Source: Eledone cirrhosa (taxonomy: Eukaryota). Taken from it: DNA of 64,000 nucleotides. The DNA is taken from contig CAXHJY010000514.1 in assembly GCA_964016885.1 (NCBI GenBank), forward strand, positions 124,001 through 188,000, read 5' to 3'. The position numbers and the translations under genes were made by a program. Positions 1 to 12,574 of this stretch are shown piece by piece (within the stretch, counting starts at the first letter, position 1; every line of letters starts with the position of its first letter). The notes below the pieces were generated by a model that was not told the origin of the DNA, did not search any database, and was given only the letters and a program-made list of their open reading frames with translations.

Positions 1-384
1 AGATGGAGATGCTTATTATGGAGTTCAGAAAGCTAATCCCAGCTTTAGCTGGGGAAAAGGATCTTAAAAATGCTTGTTGTTGAATACTAGCTGGTAAGCC
101 ATTTTCCATAAATTCTGAAATCTAGAATTGCAGTTATGTTATATCACAAGAAGCATGGTTAATTTTCCTCCTGGCAATAGACATCTGTAGTTGTTACCAC
201 CAACATCTGTGTAGATGTAACCAACTCCTCATGGGATTGTATCCCATATAAAGTCTCTTGGATGTTTTTTATAACAGGGACCCCTGTCCCATCATGTCAC
301 TATTTTCCTAGTAACTGGAGGTGGGATTTGAACTCAGAATGCAATGAACTGGAACAAACATAGCGAGGTGTTTTATCATCGTTT

Positions 385-810
385 TTGCATCCATGTGTCC
401 ATGCTTCCATGGGTTTGACATGTACTTTTCAGCACAGCATCACTCCACTTATCATTTTCTTTTGTCAGCACCAGCTATACAAGTCTCAGCAATTTAAGAT
501 CAGCTTTCACCACATCTGCCTAGATCTTCTTTGGTCTACCTCTACTGCAGCTTTCTACCACAGGGATTTCCTGGCAATTCTTCACCCACTGATCATTAAT
601 CCATGTGCATCACATCCCCATTCCAACACAGACTTCTCTCCAGTACACTATTTTTTTATTCCTCTTAAACCCAGTTTTTCCCTCACTTCATCCGACCTCT
701 GCCTTTCTCTTGCATTTACATTGCACATCTAATGAAACATGGTTGTTTCATTTCACTTCATCCTTTTCATGTACACTGCAGTCTATGTCAATCATTAACA
801 GTTCTGGCAA
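385..810 (-). mobile_element. Degenerate 3' fragment of RTE/BovB LINE
   Basis: Aligns by eye with the 3' end of the RTE copies at 57770-58300 (e.g. gatcagctttcaccac, catcacatccc, cacattgcacatc). Confidence 0.7.
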
Positions 811-1329
811 TTTGCTGTCCTCCTCCAATACTTTATTTATTGACCCTGAAAGGATGAAATAAAATTTTACTTTGAATGGATTTGAACAGAAAGTGCAGAG
901 AGCTGAAACAAATTCAAAAACACATATAATCAGAATGTTTTAATGACTCTTATAATCTCCTGCTATAATGTGTGCAAATTGATAATAGAAATTATGATCA
1001 CTGACACTCATATTTTATTACTGACATTGTCAATATTCCTGCAATTAAAATCCTTAAATAGAAAATAATTGTTTACCAATTTTGATGATATCATGCCTGC
1101 CAGCACTAATTTCCAGATAATTATAACCAAAATGTATAATCATTCTTAATTTTTGAAGTACCTCTAATAAAACCCTAGCTAAAGACATTTATGGAAAGGA
1201 TTTATGTACGAACCTGTAACTCCAGTGGTAGTGGTAGGGGCACCACATTGACATACAGCATTTGTAGGGCATTTTTTAAAGCCTGGTGAATGCCATACCT
1301 CTCCAGGTCAAAATACAGCAGATTTCTTT

Positions 1330-2702
1330 CAGAGAAAGCCTTGATGAGGTTTTCCACCAATTCTTCATAGTTTCCTTCCCTTCTGTTTGCTGCTAACTTC
1401 ATTGCCTCCCTAGCAGTTTTCTACTCCATATGAAGGGCTGATTCAAAGTCACCATCTGTAAGAAGTTCTCGAATCTGAGGACTAATGAAGACTCCATCTT
1501 TTACCTTAGCATCACTCATTGAGGGGAATTTTGATGTTAAATACTTGAATCCCTGACTGGATTTGCCCATAGCTTTTACAAAGTTTTTCATGAGCCCCAG
1601 TTTTATGTGTAGTGGTGGTTGCAAAATTTAGTTTGGTTCAGTGAGCAGTGGATATTGAACATTTTTCATTCCAGGCTCCAATGATTGATGAGGTGGCTAG
1701 TCTCTCCTGATATAGTAAGCCCCACCTGCATGGCTCTCCCATTCACACAGAAAGCATCAGTACTTGGTGTATCCGTCCTGCAAGCCTATCACAAGATTAA
1801 GAACCTTTAAGTCACCACAGAGATGTCATTGATGTTCACCTTATGTTATATATTGCAACAAATGCTTTATATTCTCATTAGTTTCTTTCATATGTGATGT
1901 ATAGCCCATAGGAACTGATGGTTCACTATTGCCATTATGCAGCAAGACACCTTTCAGACTAGTTTTTGATGAATCTATGAACAGCCTCCAGTGACTGTGT
2001 TCGCATTCAATATTAAGTGCTTCCATCAGAATATTAATATTGTTGCAGGCCAATAAATCACCTTCCGTTATGAACAAATTGCTGAACTGCTGCTGACAGT
2101 CACAACATTTTGAAATCTTCACATCAGCTGCTAGAAGATTCCATTGTTGAAGACGAGAGCCTAGTAACTCTATCTTATTCTTAGATAGTTGTAGATACCT
2201 GACAAGGCCATGGAGTTCCACTTGTGTTATGAGATGTGGTCTAGAGGAGTGTGCTTCATCAACATTTGGGTAACTCTGTAATCCAACACTGTCATGCTTC
2301 TCTGCTTCCTCATCGAAGGATACCAAAGTTGGTGCACCAGGAACAGGCAGATCTTCTCCATGTGGAACTGGGCAAATAGCTGATAGAATGTTTTGATATT
2401 CAAGGGACTCCTTTTTCTCCTTGACAAGCTCTTTTTGTTGGAGCTACCATGCAGAAATAACAATTGTTACTATGGTTTGTTGACTCCTGCCACAACATTG
2501 GCACAGTAAAAGGCGTTCATTTCCTCTTCCTGTTCAACCATTGGTGAAGGTTAGTAGCACAAATGTTGCAGCATATGTGAAGAGCCCACTTCTTATTTTG
2601 GTCGCCAATCTTGCATCCAAAATATAGGTGATATGCCTTTTTAACCATAGTCTTTAAACAGTGCTTCTGTGATGCAATGGTCACCACACCACAAATGCAC
2701 AT
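1330..2702 (-). pseudogene. Decayed DNA transposase, Chapaev3-like (CMC group)
   Basis: Motifs across frameshifted ORFs: CICG..YFGCKIGDQNKKWALHICCNIC; WRLFIDSSKTSLKGVLLHNGN; LCGDLKVLNLVIGLQDGYTKY*CFLCEW; PPLHIKLGLMKNFVKAM; KDGVFISPQIRELL. Contains stops and frameshifts. Superfamily assignment is from recalled motifs. Confidence 0.75.
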
Positions 2703-3105
2703 GTTTGTTGAAAAGTAGAGCTAATAAACAATTTTAATCATGATATTCATTATCAAATTAGTTGGAAATTACTACTCTGCTCTCAGAAGTATTTGGTTAA
2801 GAACTGAGGTAGTTAATTTTAGATTGTGTGCGGTGGAAAGGCTTTATTATGTCACCACAAAGAAGTAAATGAATTTAGTAGTAATCAGTATTGAGCATAT
2901 TGACCCATTGTTTGGACATGAAAACCATGGATGACAGTAAATGTGGAAGATATATTGGATTTAACATGTAAAAATATTTAAAAAAACGTTATTTATTAAG
3001 ATGTACAATCTAACCTGTGTATTGTGCTTGAATGTGGTCTCACAACTGTAAATTACTTGAGAGTGACCTGGAAATTAAAATAAAAAGAATCATTATTATT
3101 GAATT

Positions 3106-3302
3106 GGTGGCGGATTGGCAGTATCGGTAATGCATCAGACATGTTTAGTAACATATAGTTACATCCCTTTACGTTCTGAGTTTGAATCCCGCTGAAGTTA
3201 ACTTTGCTTGTTTATCCAGTACCGGTAATACACAGGGTTGATTTTATGGATTTTCCCTTCTCTTTAAATTGCTAGCCTTGTGCCTAAATTAGAAGCCATT
3301 AT
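3106..3302 (+). mobile_element. tRNA-derived SINE (main family), diverged copy
   Basis: A-box-like tggcagtatcgg, B-box-like gagtttgaatcc, tail gccttgtgcctaaattagaag. Confidence 0.8.
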
Positions 3303-3539
3303 TTCAGGAAAATGTTTGACTTTATTTTTTTTTAAATGTAATTTTTTAATTAATTTCTTTTTAAAAGATCAATTAAACGTATATCTCTTTAAGTGGATAA
3401 GAGGATTTCTCTTCTACTTTGACACCCTCTTATCCACTTGAGAAGATATATATTTAATTAATCATTTAAAAAGAAATTAATACAAAATTTACGTGTTTAT
3501 TTAAATGGATTCAAATATTTTCCTATAATAATGATTTCT
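3291..3539. repeat. Long imperfect palindrome / MITE-like foldback
   Basis: attaatttctttttaaaagatcaattaaacgtatatctctttaagtggataagagg (to ~3404) mirrors cctcttatccacttgagaagatatatatttaattaatcatttaaaaagaaattaat (from ~3426); weaker pairing continues outward. Confidence 0.75.
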
Positions 3540-4451
3540 TTTATCTTCACTTTCTCAAATTTAAACAAAATTATAAATCTTGTAAATTATAATGTAAAAA
3601 CATGAAATTGTCACCATTTTCATAGAATAGCTGATTTCTTACCTCCTATGGTAAAATCAGTCTTATTTTGTCTACCTTTCATAAATAGTAGCTCCATAGT
3701 TGTGATTAATTATGAAATATTATATCTTTCAACTAATTATAATACTCCCTTTCATATCACAATACATAATTATATTAATTACATTTTAGATCATCATCAG
3801 CTAATTTATTGGTATTGGCCGATAGGGCAAGATTTATTAATCGGGAATTGGTAATCAGCCAATTTGCTTATTGGTGCATCCCTAGTATATATCATCATCA
3901 TTATCACTTTGACTCTTTGATACAGACATGGGCTGAACTTAACTTATTGAGGCAACGTTTTACAGTCAGATGCACTTGCTAACACTAACACAGTATCCCT
4001 GTATGTAGTAAGTTGCTTCTTACTACATGCATGGATACAGTGTACCTATTCTTAATTGGATACACATGGTTAAAATATTATATATGCCTGCAGAGGTTTT
4101 TGTGAATATATATATATGTTTAATTATTTTCATTTGTGCAAATCTATTTAAATATTAGCTAGCCATTTTAATTATTTCAGAATAATTTTAGTCAGTAATT
4201 TTTTATATTTAAACATGTATGGTTTATATTAAGATTTTAAAAGTAGGTTATGTTTTATGCATTTAATGAGTATTTGCAATTTCAAATGGTTTAGGATAGG
4301 TTCATTTGGGATTAACGATGATTGCACAGATGTTAGTTTGTTAGGCAGGATAGCACTCTAGCATTTAAATAAGTTTATCTGTTAGTTATAGGAATGAGTC
4401 TGGTTGGGATCATAGTCACTGCAGATGATAATTGATGTTATTTATTGTCTA

Positions 4452-4930
4452 CATATAAAAAATGAGAAAACTCATCACTAGAACAGCCATTAAAACAGCC
4501 AAATGCTGTCAGAGACAATGATGGGCAAAAGTACCTCAGAGGACAGAGACAAGTGGCCCGTGGTTGACAGAGAGACAACCATTTTTCTGATTTGAGAGCT
4601 GAAGAAGGTGAAGATGTGTATGAGTGAACTTGTCTTGTACATCACCTTTCTTTATTTCCTTCTTTCACTCACTTCCATGTGCCAAATCACTACTCCTTGT
4701 CCTCCTCCTCTTTCTAACTTTTCTATATTTCATTTGCCTGTTGCCCACCTCTTTGATCGTCTCTCAGTCAACCACTGGCTGCTGGTCTCTGTCCTCTGAG
4801 GCATTTTTGCCCATTGCTGTCTTTGATAGCATTTGGCTATGTTAGCAGCTGTTCCAGTGATGAGTTTTATCATATATGTATTTAAATACACTCCCACTTC
4901 ATCTTGATCAGAGACAACAATATCTTTCAT
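4452..4930. mobile_element. Non-coding insertion with ~125-bp inverted arms, a ~50-nt tail and a 14-bp TSD
   Basis: Direct repeat ttatttattgtcta at 4438-4451 and 4931-4944. Arms ~4450-4578 and ~4757-4880 are reverse complements (aaaactcatcact-gaacagc...cctcagaggacagagac...gtggttgac). Confidence 0.75.
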
Positions 4931-5207
4931 TTATTTATTGTCTATTCTTATACAGAAACTGCATAATATGATGGCTGTAGCTTAAAGAATATGTCCCCCA
5001 TAATAGTATTGAGAGTGTGTTGGTTTACAGAGTATGGATGATGGTTGATAAAGGAATTATAGATGTCTTAGATCTAATATAGATATTTAGTTTGTAATTA
5101 GGTTTGTTTTAATGAGTGTATTAGTTACAAGTTTGGCATTTGATGGTCTTATGCACTGTGTGTTTATTTATAATTGGTTTTGTTTTTGGAGTGTATTATT
5201 TATGTAT

Positions 5208-5393
5208 TGGGCGGTGGATTGGCAGTATCGGTTGAGGGTCGGACACCATGCTTTGCAGCACAGTTACGTCCCTTTACGATCTGAGTTCAAATCCCGCCAA
5301 GGTTGACTTTGCCTTTCATCCTTACGTGGTCGATAAAATAAAGTACCAGTAATGCACTGGGTAATTGCTGGCCTTGTGCCTAAAGTAGAAACA
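5208..5393 (+). mobile_element. Full-length tRNA-derived SINE with 13-bp TSD
   Basis: ggcggtggattggcagtatcgg...gagttcaaatcc...gccttgtgcctaaagtagaaaca; TSD attatttatgtat at 5195-5207 and 5394-5406. Confidence 0.9.
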
Positions 5394-5477
5394 ATTATTT
5401 ATGTATAGGGACATTCAGTGATTGTTTTTCATTTGTTCTGGGTGTACCTCATTAATGCGTGTGTATATGTATGTATG

Positions 5478-8400
5478 TTCTGGTTTCCCTATTTTATACA
5501 TTTTTACCAATAGAGAAAAAGCCGATTTCTAACATAGACACAGGACTCTTTCATTGGAATTTAGACATCAACTAGGTAAATATGTGCATGTGTGTGTGTG
5601 CAGGTATGGATGTTATTATATGTGTGAGTTTGTATGCTTTGAGTTATATGTGTAGACGTGCATATGTTTTGTATCTATACATGTGCATGTGCAGTTATTA
5701 CATGCAGAATTTTGGAAATGTTTACATATTTTTACAGTTCCATTAATGGATTGTACTTGTAACTTCCTAACTAGTCATGTTCTTTCTGGTTCTGTGAAAC
5801 ACAACTTCTCAAGGTTTGTACTGAGGCAGTTAATAACCTATTGCAGAGCCCCAATGATCACAGGTATAAATCTTATGGTATAATCAGAGTGGAGTATCGG
5901 CAGATTCCTCATTAATTCAGCATAGATGTTCTCCGTTTCACTAATCTTTAACAATATATTGGCATCTGCCGGGCAGCTGGCTTCCACTACTGTGCATGCT
6001 TCCTTTTCCCTGTCTCATATCACTATATCTGGTCTGTTATGCTTGCATTTTGTTGGGGTTTTTCCTGGAACATTCCACCAGTACACTTTCATATTATGTA
6101 TGTGTCTGTCTTCTACATTGCTATAACTTTTATTGTCGGGCCTATATTTTCTAAGGATTTCATTGCATAGTGTTTTGGCCACTACATCATGCCTGATAGA
6201 CAGATAGTACCATGATGACATATTTGGACAGCTGTTTATGATATGGATAACATCTTCAATGTTAATTCTGCAGTGTCTGCATTTGTTGTCACATCTAGGT
6301 GTTTTGCTTGCATCAATATCTCTTGTGAATCAGGTATTTTGAATTGAATTCCTGTCCCTGGATTGCAAAAACATATCCTTCAAAGTGAGAGTCAATGTAG
6401 CAATTGTTGTTTCAAGATAGACTACTTTGCATATCTACATTACTCTCACTTTGGAGCCTCCTGTGTGGTATTTTAGCTGATAATCATGCAGTTTTTCATC
6501 CATGGATTCACTGCAGTATTGCTGGGTAATTTTCCTGGGTGTAAGTATTTGAATATCATGCAGAGATTATTTCTCAAAGAACTACTTCCCAACTCTCCTG
6601 ATCTTATTTGTCTTGTGTAGACAGACTTGCTCAATAGATGGGCTCTCACACATGGTCGTTCAAAGATGTTGCAGGGGGGGCGATGTGACACTCAAATGCC
6701 ATCTGGACTAATGTTAGGCCTCTGGCTCACTGTTTACATCTATGTTACTGTTTATGTAGAAATTTCTGGTTGTGTTTAGGATTTTTTCACGTTTTAATAT
6801 CGATAGCTTGGATTTCCTCACTTTACAATCATACATGAACATTTGTCCTGGCCAAACTTCATTTCTATATCTTTCGAGAATATCATAACCAGGTCAACAT
6901 TTTTCTTCATCCCATTTATATTCTTGACATAGTTTCAGGTCATCCACAAAGAATTTATGTGTTAGTTTTGTATTTATGTCCTCCTGTAAGCCAATTATGT
7001 ATCCTTCAAATTTCTTGAGCAGAAAGGATAAAGGTTTAATGACAGAATAGTAACACAGAGCGACTGTCTCCTCGAAATATACTCCTGTGATATTCTATTT
7101 TATCAGTGAAAACAGAGTCATCCTTCTCTGTTTTTAACTTAGGATAGTAGCCCAAGAAGAAAATAGATTCTCTATGGCTTTGATAACAGTATCTGGGACT
7201 TGAGCAAGTTGGAGGCCTTTATCATCCAATAGTGAGGAACAGACTCAAATGCTTTCTGTAGTCGAGCAACAGTATAGCCATATTCCACCTAAGTTGTCGC
7301 ACCTCTGACATTGCGGCTTTGTTAATTAGTTGTTCAGCACACTCCAAACAACTTTCTTCCTAACTGCTTGCTCATCTGTGATGATGTTATTATTGTCACA
7401 GTGATACTGGAGAAATGGGTTCAGGCAGACTGTATACATTTTATACATTAGGTTCTGATATGCAATGGGTTGGTATATTTTCATGGAGACCAATATTGTT
7501 TGTGCTAATCTCAACAACCCTGGTATATGTGCTTCTCCCTTCATGATTTGCTGGCAGAAGTTAATAAAATAAATTCAACAGAATGTGTTTTCTTATCGTG
7601 GAGTTTTCCTTTCAAGTCTCAAGGGTCTCATTTATTTGTATGTTTTTGTTGTAGTGTAGGGGTAATTGTTCTCTTGGATCTCTTTCAGCCACACTGCATC
7701 TTCATTGAATTTCTTTTCTTCACCCCATATCACCTCCAAAAGGAATCTATGTCTTTCTGGGATGGGGCCTCAGTGACAAATATTTATTTGTCTTTCTTAT
7801 TTCTATAGACATATGTTTGGTTTTGGCTGAATCTTTTATTAATTATATTTTTTCAGCCACCCTCTTCTGGTATTTCAATTCTTGTTTCAGGGTGATCCAC
7901 TTGTATGGAAGTGTTTTGGATGTACTGTCTCCAAACATCATTTCTATTTTATTTTTCACTCATTGTTGGTTAGGAGTGTAGATTTTTTTGGCTTTTACTT
8001 GCATGTAGAGAGCATTGTCATATATCCTTCAATTTTCTGTAGGTCAGCAATCTTTTCTATTTTTGTGGTGTTTTGATTTTGTTAACATCTCTGTTATCAC
8101 CAAAATAATGTTTCATTGTCATTGCCAAGGCATATAAACAGACGTTGATTTTCTAAAATGTTGGGGTTTCAATTCTGCATAAATATTCACCCTAAATTTC
8201 ATCAATAGCACACAGAATTTCATTATTTGGTTTCATTTTGTTTAATATTGTTGTTTTATATCGTTCCACGAGAGAAATATTATTACAAGAATTAATTTCT
8301 CTCTGGAAAGTTCCTCTGAGTGTATATCTCAATTCTTTATACACTTGATTTTCCCAGCTAATGACAGATATTATTATTGTCATGTTGACCCATGTGGCTG

Positions 8401-8869
8401 CAAGATTCCATAGCAGCCAAGGTAAAATCAGTTGACACATGTGGTATCACATTTCTTACCACTGTAGTTGTTTCAAGGACTGTGTATTGCTGTTGTCTGT
8501 TGATAGTTAGCCTGGCTGCTAGAAAGTCCAATAACATGGTGGTCTGTAGCACATGTTGATTGCTTGTTCGATCTGGAGGACTCGCAATAAATAATGTTCT
8601 TGTTATTTTTACATTATTTGTTGGTGTAATTGTTTGGCTGTGAAGGGATTTAGTTATGGATGTATTTCGTCCCAGTGTAGATTCATTCAGTTCATATAGC
8701 CAACAGAATGTTCTTTGCTTTTGCCATTTTATAACATTAAAATAAATTGAGTTCATAACTCCAAGAAAAATGCAATTTATGATTTCAGTTCCTTCTCTAG
8801 CTACAACTAAAGAAGTTTTGTTTACCTTTCTCATTGTTGTATTTTTTCTTTTCTCCACTAATGTTTTTT
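5478..8869 (-). mobile_element. Near full-length decayed R4/Dong-clade non-LTR retrotransposon (RT + CCHC knuckle + RLE)
   Basis: Minus-strand motifs: KAFESVPH (~7240), HKFFVDDLKL (~6940), CRHCRINIEDVIHIINSC zinc knuckle (~6230-6280), RHDVVAK and NRPDIVI RLE motifs (ORF 6015-6221). Coding ends ~5700. Flanked on both sides by TG/TA microsatellite. Confidence 0.85.
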
Positions 8870-9536
8870 ATGTATGTGTGTATGCATAAGTGTATATATA
8901 TGGGCATGTGTGTGTGTATATATATATACACACACAGCAATCGGGGTCCCAACTAAATATACATATATATATATATAAATATATGCATGTGTATTTAGAT
9001 GGGACCCCGATGGCTGAGTTCTTGCCATTTCAACACCTAGTTTCAGACAGTGTGTGTATATATATATATGTTAGGTCGCTCTTCAGCATTACTGATAACA
9101 TGTAACCCATTACAAGCTGTGCATGGACGGGTCATTGGCAACTAAACCCAACAAGCTTGCTTGGTGAGGAAGAGGATTTTGGAGATCTTGCAGGATGAAA
9201 AACAAAATCTGTCAAAGGGCGGAGGAGCTCAGGAAAGTCAACGGCAACAAAATATTTGTTAAGACATCTCTCTATGAGAAGGTCACTCTAATATATAACC
9301 TGCGACTTTGTTTTGCATCTTTAGATGTAGACCAGTTCTTTTTGGGCAAATGCATTTGATGTTCAAAAAGTGGGATTTTCCCCATACAAAGCTTTTCATC
9401 ACTTAAAAAAGCCTCATGCACAGGTATTGCTTGATATGTGATATGTTTTGTGATCCAAGGTATTGCTGGCCAAATGGAAGTCCCTATGTTTCCAGTGATG
9501 GCATTACTCAAAATCGAGTTTCAGCCATTATATATA

Positions 9537-9882
9537 CTAGCTGACATACCCAGCTTCGCCCTGGTAACAGATGATAAGAGAAGACAGGTAAAAGAGAAAA
9601 TGATTGTATTGGATGTTTGTCTGGTTACAGTATGAGGCGAGTCCGTGTTGTCTGTGTGATACAAAAAATAGTACAAAAAATATTCCAGATATACCAGATT
9701 CTTCGTTGTACAGTTTGTGCATAGTATATGAACAATTCTAGGTGCTCCCACCTAGAATAGTGACCTCTAGGAGATAGTACATCTTCTGACTGACTGTAAA
9801 ACGTGTATCATTGCATATACGTGGTTGTTCCACGTTTCTCAAAAGGATGATGGAAGTTCCAATCTTTTATATTATATATAGA
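9537..9882 (-). mobile_element. Non-autonomous Helitron
   Basis: Minus strand starts A|TCTATATATAATATAAAAG and ends with hairpin-like ccagggcgaagctggg followed by CTAG|T. Confidence 0.75.
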
Positions 9883-10492
9883 TATAGATATAGATAATTA
9901 ATATAAAAGATGTCCGTCAATGTAAAAAGAGGTCCATATTTACTCCCTTCACAACTATGTGTTTGTTAGACTGACAGACAGGCACACAGACAGATAAACT
10001 GCATGGCGATTGTGGGATGCCACACGTACACACTCATACACGCATGGAAACGCGCACACACACGCAAACTTACCCACACGCACACACTCACACATGTTGA
10101 TAGTTTTTACTTTCTGTGGAACGCTGCACGCATGCACACACACATAAACATACGCGCACGTACATACACACGCACACATGTTAATAGTTATTGCTTTCCT
10201 TCCCCTCTTATTTCCACACACATACATGTCTCTACACTGACACATATACATAGTGTATACAAACACAGTGTTCACTTTGCCTCTCTCTCCCCTCCCACTC
10301 CCTCATTGGCATTATGCATATTAATTTAAGTTTGGCGTCGTTGAGGTGGGCGGAGTCGTTTGAAACCTATGAACCGATGATAATCGAGAATTATGACACA
10401 CGGAATACTGACATTGTTCAAATTAATATATAGATGTATATATTTATATACACACAGACATACACATCAGGGAAAACTTGTGAACTGATTAT

Positions 10493-10536
<44 letters not shown>

Positions 10537-10594
10537 GAATTGGTGCTCTGAAATAGCGATATATATATATATATATTACAATATTAATCATAAT

Positions 10595-10773
10595 TGTTTC
10601 TACTATTGGCACAAGACCAGAAATACCCAGTACATTACTCGTACGTTATTTTATAGACCCCGTAATGATGAAAGGCAAAGTTAACCTCGGCGGGATTTGA
10701 ACTCAGAATGGCAAGGGTCGTAACTCTATGCGTCAAAGCATGGCGTCCGAACCTCTACCGATACTGCCAATCC
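10595..10773 (-). mobile_element. tRNA-derived SINE with ~17-bp TSD
   Basis: Reverse complement of the SINE consensus; TSD acaatattaatcataat (10578-10594) / acaataataatcataat (10774-10790). Confidence 0.88.
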
Positions 10774-11149
10774 ACAATAATAATCATAATAATAATGAAA
10801 TACATATCTAAAATGTACACAATTATTTTCTATATAAGGCATTGAATATAATTGTAAATATTTTAGATATGTATTTTATTATTGGTAAGCAATGATATGA
10901 ACAACATCGAATGGAAACAGTTTAAAATGATAATTTATAAATATTTAAAAATCATTTGAATTGAACTTTACAAACACTTTTAAAAAATCAATGAAAATAT
11001 TTGCATTTATGGTTGTTTTCCTTTTTATATCTTTAATGCTGTAACAGAAAAATCGAACTTTTGTGGTTCTGTTGAATTTGTGTTATAGAATCAGTATACA
11101 GGTTTGGTTCTCATTACCTGCTCCAGGATCATATCTTCATTATAATTTT

Positions 11150-11510
11150 TAAAGTCTATTTTTCCTTGCTTGCATGTGTTGAACTGATCCTTTTTAGCAC
11201 AACATCATTCTACACATCGCCTTCCCTTGTTATCCCCACTGTGAGTTTCAGTGATTTGAGATCAGCTTTCACCACCTCTGCCCAGGTCTTCCTTGGTTTA
11301 ACACTACTGTGGCTTCCTACCACTGAGATTTCCTGGCAATCATCATCCATGCACATCACATGTCCATACTAACTCTTGTACACCACTTCAGATTCCACTT
11401 AAACCCATTTTCTCCCTCGGTTCATCCAAGCTCTGCCTTTCTCTCACATTTACATTGCACATCCGATGAAGCACGATTCCTTCATTTTCTCCAGCCTATG
11501 CCTTTCCGTA
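11150..11510 (-). mobile_element. RTE/BovB 3' fragment
   Basis: Matches the RTE 3' end (gcacatcacatgtccatac, acattgcacatccgatgaagc). Confidence 0.75.
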
Positions 11511-11768
11511 TATATGAGAACTAAACATTTTAAAATTATACTGTGCTCCTGCTTTTTGCACTGGTAGAGTGATTACAAGATATTGGAATAAGTAATACAA
11601 AACCCTATTACCTTTGCTCTCTCTGTCAACCCTTTACATTATTTAAATTGTGGAGAAAATACTGCAATATGTTATTGGTTTAGGCTATCTATGACAAATT
11701 AACACCACTTGAATTGTGGAAAGTGTTATTTTACTAAGGAAATAATTTCTGACATGATAGATCACATA

Positions 11769-12565
11769 TCTATATATATAAAGTTGTATTCCTGTCTGTT
11801 TGTTTGTTTGTTTGTTTACGAACTCCTCCTATGGTTTTGGAGATAGACCACCTATAACCATATATATTCTGAAACTACATTGCCCAGGGTAATTGGATAA
11901 GTATGTTTCCTTTTAATCAAAGGGTTCACCGGGGGCACAAACTCTGGTTGAAAAACCCCACTGAAGATCTTTTTCCCTTCGATTTATATTTCAGCATATT
12001 TCAATAAAATTGAGACACCCAATTGGGGGTTAAACCCTCTATTAGGGTTCCACAGAGGCACTGACAATTTTTTCCCTTCAATTTATATGAAATTTAAAAC
12101 ATAGGTAAATGACAAGATATGATGCCTATTCACAAAAGTTTTGAATTGATATTTTGAAAAAAATTATTTACAAGAAACAAAATAAGAATAAGATTTAATA
12201 ATGTAATTTTGATTTGATATATTACAAAAAATAATTGTTTCTACGTTTGGCACAAGGCCAGCAATTACCCAGTGTATTACTGGTACTTTATTTTATCGAC
12301 CCCGTAAGGATGAAAGGCAAAGTTAACCTCGGTGGGATTTGAACTCAGAATAGCAAGGGCCGTAACTCTATGCACCAAAGCATGGCATTATATTACAAAA
12401 AATAATGTTTTCCAATCTTTCATGCATTACATTTTACATAGATTAATATTGAAATGAAGAGTTTTTCTCCATGAATTATATCACTGATTTAAAATCAATC
12501 ATCATTTTCTTACAAAAAAAAAAAAAAATGAGTGAAATGCAGCATGGCACGGGTAATTCGGCTAG
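11769..12565 (+). mobile_element. Non-autonomous Helitron, copy 1 (contains nested SINE)
   Basis: A|TCTATATATATAAAG start, (GTTT)n near the 5' end, ...gcacgggtaattcggCTAG|T end; colinear with the reverse complement of 23396-24202. Confidence 0.88.
12236..12388 (-). mobile_element. 5'-truncated SINE nested in Helitron, 18-bp TSD
   Basis: TSD tatattacaaaaaataat at 12218-12235 and 12389-12406. Confidence 0.9.
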
Positions 12566-12574
12566 TGAGTAAAT

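Noticed and set aside
5208-5393. tRNA genes at A/B-box motifs
   Set aside because: No cloverleaf; these are SINE heads with TSDs.
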